A stretch of DNA of 53,288 nt from an uncultured delta proteobacterium (GCA_963755715.1 CAVWLW010000035.1:1-53288); one strand, 5' to 3'; numbered from the stretch's first letter, positions 19,874 through 30,082 are shown. Notes: generated by a model not told the origin, from the letters alone. Numbers and translations: made by a program.

Positions 19874-20848
19874 CTACGACGCCGCTTTCACCTTATTTCT
19901 TTCCGCCTCTACCAGGGGGCGATACTTGTCGCAGAGTCTTTTCCAACCCTCAGCTTTTTTCTTGGCCCGCTCAATAGCTGTCTCCGAAAACTTTACGATC
20001 GGAGTTCGTGCGGGTCCTGGTTTCACGTATCCAGCAAACTCGATGGGAAGCTTGGCGGTAGGTCCTTCATTGCCTCCAGGCCGTTCTCCACCTGCCGCGC
20101 CCATTATCTCAGAGACAACCTGTAGCGCTTCTTGATCATTTCCCGCTCTCACGAGGTTTCGTAGGTGAAGTACGGGCCACGGCCCCATCCACGCATCGAT
20201 GGACCAACAGCCAGCCGCACCCATCTTATGGTACGGGAACATTTGCGCCTGATTGGTCATGACGCTGATCTTGCCTCGTATGATTTCAATAAGTCTGACG
20301 AACTCGCGCGTATCGCGATGGCTGTCTTTCATGCCCACTATGTTCGGATACTTGACTAGCCGCGGAAACACAGAGACAGGAATTTTTACTTTGTGATTGA
20401 CCGGATTGTGATAGATAAGAAACGCGAGTTTGGGAAACATTGCTGCGATCTGGGTGTAGAAATCGGCCATATACTCGGGGGACTGCGCGTCATAGTACGG
20501 CACACCAAGAAGCGTTCCATCGCCGCCGATGTCTTGGACAAACTTCAGCCGGTCGACAACCTCGCGCGCATTCGGACTGGTTGCGCCAATGAAAAGAGGC
20601 ACGCGCTTCTTTACGGCATCAACAGCTGCCACCGCCAATGTCTTGTATTCGTCCCAATCGAGGTTGTAGCACTCGCCAAAACTTCCGGTAGTGGTAATTA
20701 CATCGATCCCATCGTTGATCATCCGGTCCACGCCGATCTTGAGATTATCGACGTCGACCGTGTTCTTCGAACTCAGATCTCCGGCATCCTCGGTCGAAAA
20801 CGACGGCATCATCGCCATTACGCCTTGAACATCTTTCGCAGTTACCAT
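19874..20848 (-). CDS. DHDPS/NAL-family hydratase-aldolase (NahE/PhdJ-like)
   Basis: TTGSFGECYNL (GxxGE), GTLLGVP, IYHNP, GMKDS Schiff-base Lys; GAGGAGG RBS. Confidence 0.85.
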   Translation of the reverse strand: MVTAKDVQGVMAMMPSFSTEDAGDLSSKNTVDVDNLKIGVDRMINDGIDVITTTGSFGECYNLDWDEYKTLAVAAVDAVKKRVPLFIGATSPNAREVVDRLKFVQDIGGDGTLLGVPYYDAQSPEYMADFYTQIAAMFPKLAFLIYHNPVNHKVKIPVSVFPRLVKYPNIVGMKDSHRDTREFVRLIEIIRGKISVMTNQAQMFPYHKMGAAGCWSIDAWMGPWPVLHLRNLVRAGNDQEALQVVSEIMGAAGGERPGGNEGPTAKLPIEFAGYVKPGPARTPIVKFSETAIERAKKKAEGWKRLCDKYRPLVEAERNKVKAAS

Positions 20849-21019
20849 TGGGCACCTCCTCGAAATTAACGAACAAATTTCCACTATCATCATGCCGCGA
20901 AGGGTGTCAACTTGCACCCACGTTCAATCGATTCAGATTTGTTGCATATTCCTTTGGAGCGTCATATTCCGTTCAAATAAGTTGACTTTTCGGTGGAAGA
21001 TTTTATAAGGTCCAAACCA

Positions 21020-21090
21020 ATGAGAAACCTCCTGTTGCATAATACGCAACAGATTGTTTGTGTTGCAAAGGAAGAATGGAAGTTGCGTGG
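21020..21090 (+). pseudogene. Possible 5' remnant of an imidazolonepropionase-like amidohydrolase
   Basis: MRNLLLHNTQQIVCVAKEEWKLRG resembles HutI N-termini; similarity is lost afterwards. Confidence 0.3.
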
Positions 21091-21378
21091 AACCCGTATC
21101 TTCAGAGGCAACGATCGAAGGGAATACCCAAATTTCCGATTTTACTTACCTGCTAGGATGCACTCGGCGAGATAAACTGGGGAGCTGCTCCTTCAACTTT
21201 CTTCTGCTCAATGATTCGCCGGTAGTCCTCGGCAGTGATTTGCGTCATATCGACTACCCCAAAGGTTTACATTTTCGGTGATGCAATATGTTAACTTGAC
21301 AACCATGCGTCAAATCGGATTAGAACCGTCATATAGCGAATTTCTGCAAGTGATAAACCGCTTTCACGAGAGGGTTCT

Positions 21379-22401
21379 ATGAGCAAGACGGCGAGCATTG
21401 ACCAAACTGACCGCGAGCGGCTCCATGAAAAGTTCGCCCAATTGGGGCTCCGTGGATATTGGCAGAACCGGCGCGACAGTCAGCGTATGGAGCCAAAGCT
21501 CTGGCGTTGGAAGGACATTCATCCGGTGTTGATGGAAACGACCGAAGTCATACGAATCGGTCCCGATGCCTTCCGCCGCAACGTCGGCTTGCAGACCGGC
21601 AGCAAGACATTGTCCATGGGGTTTCAGATCGTGCTCCCCGGTGAAACTGCTGCAGCCCATCGTCACACCAACACCGCGCTGCGCTTCGTTGTAAGCGGCG
21701 GTGGGGCCTATACCACTTCCAACGGTGAGCCAATGATCATGGAACCGGGCGATCTGCTTATTCAACCGAATTGGGTCTGGCATGACCACATCAATAATTC
21801 CAAAGAACCGATCATTTGGATCGACGCTTTGGACGCCGGTGTGGTGAGCTTCCTCGATGCCTCGATCTTTCGCGAGGAATGGGCCGAGGGTAAGCAACAA
21901 CCACTGACGCGTGCCCACGGTGCGTCCCGCCGCCTGTACGGCCCGGCACGTCAACCCAAGATCGACTACCAGGGCGCCGCCGGTGTTCCATACCATTACA
22001 AATGGAATGAAGCACTCGACGCTTTGAAAGAACTGGATGAACAGGGTCTTCAGGACCCCTACGACGGCCTATATATCGAGTACAAAAACCCTGTTGACGG
22101 CGGTCAGACTTTTCTCACCATGACCTGCTACCTGCAAATGCTCAAGCCTGGACAACAAACCGCCTTCCACCGCCATACCGGCACCGCAATGTACCACACC
22201 GTGCAGGGCCAGGGGGTCACCATCGTCGACAAAACCGACGCAATAGAACTCCAGTGGAACGACCACGACAGCTTCACAGTCCCCTCCTGGAGCTGGCACG
22301 CTCATAAAAATTTGTCAGGAACCGAACCGGCGATACTCTTTTCGTTCACGGATCGGCCGTTGTTGAAAATGACGGGATTGGATCGGGAAGAAAATGAATA
22401 G
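21379..22401 (+). CDS. Gentisate 1,2-/1-hydroxy-2-naphthoate dioxygenase-like cupin
   Basis: LPGETAAAHRHT..ALRF, PNWVWHDH, YKNPVDGG, FHRHTG, VPSWSWH, SFTDRP. Confidence 0.9.
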   Translation: MSKTASIDQTDRERLHEKFAQLGLRGYWQNRRDSQRMEPKLWRWKDIHPVLMETTEVIRIGPDAFRRNVGLQTGSKTLSMGFQIVLPGETAAAHRHTNTALRFVVSGGGAYTTSNGEPMIMEPGDLLIQPNWVWHDHINNSKEPIIWIDALDAGVVSFLDASIFREEWAEGKQQPLTRAHGASRRLYGPARQPKIDYQGAAGVPYHYKWNEALDALKELDEQGLQDPYDGLYIEYKNPVDGGQTFLTMTCYLQMLKPGQQTAFHRHTGTAMYHTVQGQGVTIVDKTDAIELQWNDHDSFTVPSWSWHAHKNLSGTEPAILFSFTDRPLLKMTGLDREENE

Positions 22402-22492
22402 CGGCGGAATCCTGTAAGTGAATTTCGTTTGCTATTCCGTTAGTCTGTCATCGTCGTGATCTATTCCATAAGGGAGGATCCAAAAATCCCCC

Positions 22493-22738
22493 AGCCCGGA
22501 TTATTCGCGAACGGCCCGATAAAGGCGCAAGCCCTCCAGAGTGGAGGCAATGGGCCCCTGCCCTTTGGAGCGGTCCGTAGCCTGAATTGATCGAATGAAC
22601 GACTGGGAAAATGCGAGCGGCGCGGTGAATATCAAACCCAGGGCAGCCATTGATTGGCTTCTCTGTCTTCGCTCTTTCAATCTTGGCTTTATCAACACCG
22701 TGTCGCACGTTTTCCTCAGAGCATGAATAATCCGGACT
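22493..22738. mobile_element. MITE-like segment bounded by 14-bp terminal inverted repeats
   Basis: AGCCCGGATTATTC ... GAATAATCCGGACT (13/14 match), no transposase inside. Confidence 0.5.
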
Positions 22739-22852
22739 CGAGAGGTGTTTTGCCGAAGTGCAAGGAGAACTTTGATCTAGCCACCCGCTCAGGAGACTAG
22801 CTAAGCGCGTAGATTTAAAAGGGCAGCCCTAAGATCTGCGAGGTAGCAGAAG

Positions 22853-23854
22853 ATGAAGAAAGTTCTTGCTCTTTCCTTAGGATTATATTTGTGGATAGCG
22901 TTGCCATCCAGGCTGATGGCGCAAACGCCGTTGAACAATGTCATTCTCGGGCATAGCGGCGGCGCCGGCTCGCTCAACATTCTGCGCCGCATATTGGAAC
23001 GCGACAAGATTTGGGAGAAGTACGGTCTCAACGTAAAGAGTGTCTATTTCAACAGCGGCACTGTTTTGATCCAAGCCATGGCCGGCGGCAATATCGCCGG
23101 TTCGGAGTCTGAAGTGCCTGGCATGGTGAATCTCGCCGTTGCCGGGGTCGCTGATTTGAAGATTGTCACCGTCACCATCAACCGCATCGAACATGTATTC
23201 GTCGTGCGCAAAAATATCGCCAAGCCCGAAGATCTCAAGGGCAAACGTTTGGCCGTCAGCCGAATCGGATCGGCGTCCGACACGATAACGCGAATGGTTT
23301 TGCGCTCGTGGAAGATCGACCCCGATAAGGAAACCATCCTCTTGCAATCGGGCAACACACCGACCCGCATGACAGCGCTGGCGGCCGGTCATGTCGACGG
23401 CGCGCTGGTGAGCCCCGAAAGCGTCCATAAGATCGTCGCTTCGGGTTGCTGTCGCATTCTAGCGGATCTCGCTGACTTGCCAATGGATTATGCCCGCTAC
23501 GGCTATGCGTTCCCGGCATCCTACATTAAGACGCAGCGCGAGACTTTGCGCCGTTTGCTCATGGCTTATCTAGAAGGCATCTATGTCTTCAGAAGCCGGC
23601 CGAAAGCAGTCTACGCCGCCCTCGAAGAGGAAGATATCAAGGATCCGGTAGTCCAAAAGGACGTTTACCAACGCGCGCTCAAGAGTGTGCGCGAATTTCC
23701 CGTGCCGGAATCGAACGGCATTCAGAGCGTGCTTGATTCCCTGCCGCATCCCAAAGCGCGCAATGTGAATCCCGCGAGTGTGATGGACCCGAGTATTCTG
23801 GAAGAAATAAAAAAGTCAGGCTTTATCGACAAACTTTACGGTCGAGGAGGGTAG
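22853..23854 (+). CDS. ABC transporter substrate-binding protein (NMT1/THI5-like)
   Basis: Signal peptide, DLKGKRLAVSRIGSASD, SGFIDKLY C-terminus. Confidence 0.9.
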   Translation: MKKVLALSLGLYLWIALPSRLMAQTPLNNVILGHSGGAGSLNILRRILERDKIWEKYGLNVKSVYFNSGTVLIQAMAGGNIAGSESEVPGMVNLAVAGVADLKIVTVTINRIEHVFVVRKNIAKPEDLKGKRLAVSRIGSASDTITRMVLRSWKIDPDKETILLQSGNTPTRMTALAAGHVDGALVSPESVHKIVASGCCRILADLADLPMDYARYGYAFPASYIKTQRETLRRLLMAYLEGIYVFRSRPKAVYAALEEEDIKDPVVQKDVYQRALKSVREFPVPESNGIQSVLDSLPHPKARNVNPASVMDPSILEEIKKSGFIDKLYGRGG

Positions 23855-24505
23855 TGCGATGTCGCATTGTTCAATCACTCTGGGAACCAACACCCGAAAT
23901 CATGAACTTCCTATCCGATCGAATTGAAAATTCCACAAGAGAAAAAATCGAAAAGCACTATCCCCGATGGGTACTCAATCAAGCTCTTGTAACGTACTGC
24001 ACAATATTAGATTCGTTCCTTGACTCCACCTTGGACGCCATTTTTCAACACAATCCGAAGGTTCTATACGGAGTTGCGGCGGCAAAGAATATCGACCTAA
24101 AAAAGCTGGTCGACCTTGGAACTGTTGACGCCGTGATCCGGGAAATCCGAGCGAAAGAGATAAGAAACTTTTCTAACGATGACATCGCCAAGCGATCTCC
24201 AATATCTCAAGGACAAGCTCTCGATAGATACCGACCGATTATTTGATTGGGAATTTTCAGCGGAAGATACCGATCGACGTTTGGAAGGGCTAAATTTCAA
24301 ATCTCTCGAAAACTATTACCAGCAGCGCCACGATATTGTTCACCGGGACGCCACGCCGATTTCGACGTTCGAGGAGATTGATATTGTGTCGGTATTTTTT
24401 GTAAACGTCGGTTCTCAAACTCGCCGCTCGGATCTGTCAAAAGCATCAGATTCCGCTCGATTTATCTCTGATGGTAAACCGCAACGAAAGATACGAAAGA
24501 CTTAA
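23854..24505 (+). pseudogene. HEPN-domain protein, probably 5'-truncated and frameshifted (near 24195)
   Basis: NQALVTYCTILDSFL helix plus an RHDIVH (Rx4H) motif across two ORFs; more AT-rich than neighbours. Confidence 0.6.
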
Positions 24506-24871
24506 AGGGCAGACGAAATCTTAGCTGCAACGGCGAGCCGGCGGCAGATTGTGCACGGTTCGGTCGGCCTGTGCACCGAGCCTTCGGTGTGCGCTACGAC
24601 GTAGTCGTTGGCCAGCCTGGATTCCCGTGGCCTGAAGCTAATCGAGCGGGTGACCAAGCGTGAAATCCTACGGACTGTGCGTCGAGATTTTCGTAGCGAT
24701 GCCACCTGATTTCAGTCCTGCGCGATCCGCCGCGTCTTGTTCACTTGAAACGGCGCTGACTTTTTCAATGCTCGCCGAGATTTTGGATGAGGCGGGCATA
24801 CCAATAGCGCAGTTTGAGTACGACGCGGAGCCGTGAACATAACACAGCGCTTTTCCGACAATTAGTTCCCA

Positions 24872-25122
24872 GTGACCGCTGAAACATCCGGCGCTCTCTC
24901 CGGCGTCGGTTACAATAAATACCGATCGGCGATAAAGCCCGGCATCGTGCCGTACGCCGTCAAGCTCTATGCTTACATTTTCGTCGCCAATGTTTTGGCC
25001 TTGTCATCGTGGTGCGATGGGTCAAGCCGTTCGGCTTCTTGGTGAGTATGGTCTTCGGTTTGGTGTTCGCCTATCTGACGATTGTTACCGGTCGCTCGTT
25101 GTTTGGGCGAAAGGAGCTGTGA
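24872..25122 (+). CDS. Small membrane protein (frameshift near 24995)
   Basis: GIVPYAVKLYAYIFVANV joins GLVIVVRWVKPFGFLVSMVFGLVFAYLTIVTGRSLFGRKEL*. Confidence 0.35.
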
Positions 25123-25352
25123 AGGCGCAGCCGCAGGCTATGGCCCCCACCATTTTTATAAATTGCATCTATTTCAGGGTGACCGACGATGAGAATCAGA
25201 ATCTACTGGGACAGGCGCTATGGCAGATTGATGGGGATAGCCCGCTTGTCCGTTGGCTATGGATTTTGGATCGGTCGATTAACCGTCATAGTCGTTAACT
25301 TGGACAAATTGAAACTATGAACACTTGCTAACCGCTTGGGCCTGATCCGTGA

Positions 25353-25631
25353 ATGGGGCAGAGCCGATCAATTGAGACTTCAGTTCTTGAAGCGCGGCAC
25401 AAGATTTTTAACCAGCTGTGCACTGCTTATCGGCGCTCCGCACAAGATCCGGATTTCGGCCTTCGTGCTTATGATGTCATGGTAGAATTAGCTATACCAC
25501 TAAATTTGTTTGCCGAAGCACTCGACGGCTTCGTAGACGTAAACGGCGAGCTTATTATTGAGATGTTTGAACGCAAGGGCGAGCGATATATTCGACTCGG
25601 AGAAACAGCAAAGTATAACTGCCGCGATTGA
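25353..25631 (+). CDS. Hypothetical protein
   Basis: 92-aa ORF with globular composition, possibly winged-helix-like. Confidence 0.55.
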   Translation: MGQSRSIETSVLEARHKIFNQLCTAYRRSAQDPDFGLRAYDVMVELAIPLNLFAEALDGFVDVNGELIIEMFERKGERYIRLGETAKYNCRD

Positions 25632-25679
25632 CCGCGCCGAACTGGTAAAATTCGTCTCTGGGGAAACAAGGAGAAAGTT

Positions 25680-25919
25680 TTGACCGACGAACAAATAGCT
25701 CAAGCCTGGGCAAAGCACCATCCTGAACACCGCGCAGACAAAGTGTCAGAGCATGTGTGTCGACTAATTTGTCTCTGCATCGATCTTCGCGTCAAAGCAG
25801 AAATCGCGGGCGGCGATACTGCGAGCAGACTTGATCGCGTTTTAGCTAATATGCGAATCCCCAAAAAAGAGTTCGACGACCTAACGAACACCTACGGATC
25901 TTTAATTGTTGCCCATTGA
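25680..25919 (+). CDS. Hypothetical protein
   Basis: AAGGAG RBS before TTG; 79 aa. Confidence 0.55.
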   Translation: MTDEQIAQAWAKHHPEHRADKVSEHVCRLICLCIDLRVKAEIAGGDTASRLDRVLANMRIPKKEFDDLTNTYGSLIVAH

Positions 25920-25932
25920 GTCTGTAAGGACG

Positions 25933-26025
25933 TTCGAGTTCATCATCAATCTGAAAGCGGCCAAGCAGATCGGTTTGACGATTCCGCCGAATGTGTTGGT
26001 GCGGGGGGATAATGTGATCAAATGA
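25933..26025 (+). pseudogene. 3'-end remnant of an ABC_sub_bind (PF04392-type) binding-protein gene
   Basis: FEFIINLKAAKQIGLTIPPNVLVRGDNVIK*, the characteristic C-terminus of the family; no upstream part. Confidence 0.85.
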
Positions 26026-26105
26026 GGGCCGTGCGAGGCAAGTGGGTAGAGGCAGAGAAAAAGACTACTGAACTCTTAAACAGTCAAGAAAAACTCGGCA
26101 AGAGC

Positions 26106-26624
26106 TTATTTTCGCAGCGTTTCGCGTCGCCGTTTCTCGATCTCCACATCCAACTGCCGTGATTTCTCGTTAGCATATTTGAGCTTTTCCTTTTCCTGCA
26201 CTAAAGACTCTCGCTCCCTCATGAGCAGACGTTTTTCCTCCGACATTTTCTGGTGTTCCTCAAGGACCTGAATCCAAGTCTTGGCGGGCTCGGACATTTG
26301 ACTTTGCGGATATTCCTTCACGACCGTCCTAAAGTATGAGAGCGCACGCGTATAATTTTTTTTGGGATTGCCTGAATGGGCTGAGATCATACCCAGGTTG
26401 AACACCGCCATATCGGGAGCGCCCCTGCCTTCCAGGAGTATTCTCTGGGTTTCATTATATGCCGCATCGTATTGCCCCTGGGACAAGAGACCTTGGACAT
26501 GCTCGAAGGGAACACTCCTTTTTTCCACTTGCGGAAGCAAAGTATCTGAAGTGCCACTCATCGACGAACATCCGGAGACCACAACGAAACCGATCAGTAT
26601 TGCGAACCGACAATATATCTTCAT
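26106..26624 (-). CDS. TPR-like/coiled-coil lipoprotein (QseG-like context)
   Basis: Lipobox VSGC, AVFNLG...NPKKNYTRA...YPQS TPR-like segment, C-terminal coiled coil; ATGA overlap with the upstream gene. Confidence 0.75.
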   Translation of the reverse strand: MKIYCRFAILIGFVVVSGCSSMSGTSDTLLPQVEKRSVPFEHVQGLLSQGQYDAAYNETQRILLEGRGAPDMAVFNLGMISAHSGNPKKNYTRALSYFRTVVKEYPQSQMSEPAKTWIQVLEEHQKMSEEKRLLMRERESLVQEKEKLKYANEKSRQLDVEIEKRRRETLRK

Positions 26625-27337
26625 TTCGGCACACCGAGACCTTTCCACCAAGCAGAGGAACGCAAATGCGACACCAGCGCGGCGATCGGCGAATCAACCG
26701 AGGTGAAATTTTGGGGCAATCTGCCTCCCAACCAGCAGGCCAAGAGGGCCCCGACGATCGCCAGAAGCAGAGTGGCAGCTAACGTGAAATTTTGGCTCTC
26801 CTGTGCGGCCTTTTCGATATAACCTATTCTATGCTGCAAGCTCTTTTCGAGATTGCTCTTAAAAGCCGCATGTTCCCTGAGTAGATAATCCACTAGCCGC
26901 TCTTTCTCCTCCCGGTAGCGGCTTTCCGCATAGGGCTGGTTCTTTCTTATATACTCGACTTCCCTTTCGAAAAGTTGCTGATATTGTGCGTGATACTCTT
27001 CGGTTTGGGACAAGCGTTGTACGGCATCGGCTGACGTGGCCAGCGTTTTCAATTGATCCATACGACGCTCGAAGTCGGCTTTGAACTCCTTATATTGCTC
27101 GTAGTGCACGGCAGCCTGTGTGACGCTGAATTTGCCACCGTACCTGACCTCAGATAAAAACGCGTCCGCCAGTCCGTCTGCTTGATCGATCATGCGTTGT
27201 TCGATGCTAACCGCGATATGCGCTGCAGCGCTTAGCCTGCCAAGCTGTATTATCGAGTAGCTAGAAACGGCCACCATGAAGGTGAGCATTGCCGAATAGC
27301 TGATGACAAACCGGCGAAGCGTAGGGGTTAACATCAA
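26621..27337 (-). CDS. Membrane protein with a four-helix periplasmic sensor domain and no kinase module
   Basis: TM, about 160-aa helical domain, TM, short tail; translationally coupled on both sides. Confidence 0.7.
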   Translation of the reverse strand: MMLTPTLRRFVISYSAMLTFMVAVSSYSIIQLGRLSAAAHIAVSIEQRMIDQADGLADAFLSEVRYGGKFSVTQAAVHYEQYKEFKADFERRMDQLKTLATSADAVQRLSQTEEYHAQYQQLFEREVEYIRKNQPYAESRYREEKERLVDYLLREHAAFKSNLEKSLQHRIGYIEKAAQESQNFTLAATLLLAIVGALLACWLGGRLPQNFTSVDSPIAALVSHLRSSAWWKGLGVPK

Positions 27338-29760
27338 AGCTCTCCTTCGGTGTACCTGTATGGTGCGATCAACTCAGTAGCTGTCTTGCTCGGCTTAAGA
27401 TCGTCGACAGAACCAACCGGTGCGCCAACCGGTATACGTACGGTGAAAGTTGTTCCTTCACCCAGTTTACTTTGCACGGTGACTATTCCCCCCAAGACTT
27501 CGACGAAGCTCTTGACGACGTAAAGGCCAAGGCCAGCGCCGGAGAAGTGTCGTGTGGTGCTACTGTCTATCTGACGAAATTTTTCAAAGATGTACGGTAA
27601 AAACTCCTCCGCGATCCCGATCCCCGTATCTCTGACGCAAAATTCGACCGCTGCCTGATCGGCGAGGGAGCAGACACAAACATCAACCGAGCCCTGATCA
27701 GTAAACTTGATCGCGTTATTGATGAGATTGATCAGCACTTGCCGAAGTTTCATACGATCGCTCAAAACTTTCGGCAAACCAGTCGGAACATGCCAGTTAA
27801 CCGCCACGCTTTTTTCCCTCGACACCATGGCATAGTCGGATTCTAGTTCTTCGACTAATTGATAAATATCGATCTGTTCCGCGTTAACTGTGACGATTCC
27901 CGTCTCGATCTTGGTGATTTCCAGGATCCCATTGATGAGCGACAGCAGGTGACTTGACTGCGTTCTGATCTTTTCGGTGACTTTCTCGTGTTCCGGGGTG
28001 ATCTCGCCGAACACCCCCATATTCAGTGCTTCAGCGCTATTCATGATGATGTTAATCGGCGTGCGCAGTTCATGGGACATGACGCCTAGAAACTCATCTT
28101 TGATCCGGTTTGATCTCTCCAGCTCAGCTGCCTGATTTTTGGTCTGTTCGTAAAGGCGAGAATTGTAAAGCGCAATGGCAGCTTGCTGCGTGAGATCTCT
28201 GAGAAAATCTTCCTCCTCTGTTCTTAGATCAATCGCTTCGGTCGAATAAAATGACAGGACACCTAACACGTGATCCCTAACGACTATCGGCAAGCCGAGG
28301 TAAGTAACGAATCCCGCGCTGCGTAGGGAAACCGGATCGGAACTCCGCGGATCGCTCTGCACGTCGGCGATCAACAGGGGAGACTGAAGCTTGAAAACTT
28401 CCTGAGGAAGGCCCCGTTCGCATTCCGTCCTAGACCACAAACTGGTCGCATCTTGGCCCGCCGGATACGCGATCGGCTCGAGTGTGCCGTTTTCATTGAC
28501 CCAGCTGAGAGCGATACAGGAAGAGGGAAACAAGTTGGCGACTCCCTCGAGGAGAGCCTTCAAAACGTTGCCAATGTCGAGGCTCGAAGTCATCGCTGCG
28601 CTGATCTGATGGATGGCACTTTGTCGGAGGTGCTGCTTTTGAATCTTCGTCTCGGCCACTTTGGCATCTGCCGCACGCTGCTCCAATGCTTTGGCCAATT
28701 CGTCAAACGTCCGGGCTAAATGACCGAGTTCGCTTGCGCCGTAAGGCAGACTGGTACGCGCTTTTAAATTTCCTGAGGCCAGTTGCTTGGTTGTGGCCAT
28801 CAGATCGCGGACCCTTCGCAGTACGAAGAGATCGGCACCAAACCAGGCTCCGATCAAAGTCAGGACAGTGAGCACGCCGACGATAATAAGATTTTGCCGT
28901 AGTATGCGCTCAGCTTCGGCAAATGCTGTCCGGACCGGAATCTCAATCCCGGCGTACATAATGTTACCGGCTATCCGGTGGTCCAGTTGCCGATAAGTAA
29001 TCAGACGGGCGACTCGGTCGCTGCCGACAGATTCGATATTTCCTTCGACCCCACGAATGACCGTGGGACCACGGGAAACACCAATATGAATTTGTGTTCC
29101 GAATGAATCGACTGTGTCCGGGTGCCGGAGAAATATCTTGCCGCTTTCATCGAAGAAGATAGATGAAGCTTCGGAAGGGAGATGATTTTGAGCGGTAATC
29201 CGAACGATCCAGGAATAGTCCAGGACTACAAACGCGACACCCTGAAGTGCGCCAGAGGAACTTGTGATCGGAAATCCAAATTGAATGACCGTCTTGCCGT
29301 TAGAACTGTCCTTTTGAATCTCACCTACCGAAAACTCCCGGGTCTCGAAGACGCGTAAGATATAGGGATCTTGCAGGCGCACGCCTTTGAGGGAATGGGG
29401 GCCAAGCGCACTGCATAGTAGGTTACCCTTGAGATCGATTACGCCCAGATCGACATAAAGGGGCTCCAGCAACCCGGCGAGAATCTTCTGGCATGCGACA
29501 CTGTTGTGTTCACGAATCTGCGGCAGGCGGGCCAGCGTAATGAGAAGCTGATGGGCATTCTCGAAAATACGGCGCTGCTCAGTGGCGATAACACGGGCGG
29601 ATCCGAGAGCGCTCTTTTGCACCTGAGCAGCAATGGAACTGCGGTGTCTTTGGTCGGTAAATAAAATGACGCCGAAGGCTGGAATAACGGCCAGCAGAAC
29701 GAAGGCGATTGAACGAGCCCGCAGGCTGGAGACAAACGGCATCATTTTTCGTCCATTCAA
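27334..29760 (-). CDS. Sensor histidine kinase (Cache-HAMP-GAF-HisKA-HATPase)
   Basis: Two TMs, HAMP (SELGHLARTFD), GAF, MSHELRTP, NAIKFT, DTGIGI, GAGLGL. Start may be 29742-29745. Confidence 0.93.
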   Translation of the reverse strand: MNGRKMMPFVSSLRARSIAFVLLAVIPAFGVILFTDQRHRSSIAAQVQKSALGSARVIATEQRRIFENAHQLLITLARLPQIREHNSVACQKILAGLLEPLYVDLGVIDLKGNLLCSALGPHSLKGVRLQDPYILRVFETREFSVGEIQKDSSNGKTVIQFGFPITSSSGALQGVAFVVLDYSWIVRITAQNHLPSEASSIFFDESGKIFLRHPDTVDSFGTQIHIGVSRGPTVIRGVEGNIESVGSDRVARLITYRQLDHRIAGNIMYAGIEIPVRTAFAEAERILRQNLIIVGVLTVLTLIGAWFGADLFVLRRVRDLMATTKQLASGNLKARTSLPYGASELGHLARTFDELAKALEQRAADAKVAETKIQKQHLRQSAIHQISAAMTSSLDIGNVLKALLEGVANLFPSSCIALSWVNENGTLEPIAYPAGQDATSLWSRTECERGLPQEVFKLQSPLLIADVQSDPRSSDPVSLRSAGFVTYLGLPIVVRDHVLGVLSFYSTEAIDLRTEEEDFLRDLTQQAAIALYNSRLYEQTKNQAAELERSNRIKDEFLGVMSHELRTPINIIMNSAEALNMGVFGEITPEHEKVTEKIRTQSSHLLSLINGILEITKIETGIVTVNAEQIDIYQLVEELESDYAMVSREKSVAVNWHVPTGLPKVLSDRMKLRQVLINLINNAIKFTDQGSVDVCVCSLADQAAVEFCVRDTGIGIAEEFLPYIFEKFRQIDSSTTRHFSGAGLGLYVVKSFVEVLGGIVTVQSKLGEGTTFTVRIPVGAPVGSVDDLKPSKTATELIAPYRYTEGEL

Positions 29761-30045
29761 TTGACCTCAGTTCAATACAAACGCTGCGCCACGGAATTCA
29801 GCGGAATTCAGGTAAGATTCTGAATTGAAAGAGTTGTTAGAAATTATTAGTACGGGAACAAGATGACAAAAGTTGGTACACATGCGCGCGGTAGGGAATA
29901 GAGCAAACGTGCGTATCGGCCGCGTACAAGCTAAAGTCTCAAAACCCGGAATCCTGGTTTGTGATTAACCTGAAAAACTGCGAAGCAGATCAGCCTAAGA
30001 TTCCACAGAGAGTGCTGACGCCGGCGAATAAAGTAATCAAATGAC

Positions 30046-30082
30046 TCAGGTCAGAGATCAGAAGTCAGAGATCGGAAATCAG
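30046..30082 (+). repeat. Heptameric tandem repeat
   Basis: TCAGAGA-TCAGAAG-TCAGAGA-TCGGAAA-TCAG. Confidence 0.6.

Noticed and set aside
24837-24870. ACATAAC after a short reading frame as an attC half
   Set aside because: No complementary right half; too weak to call.
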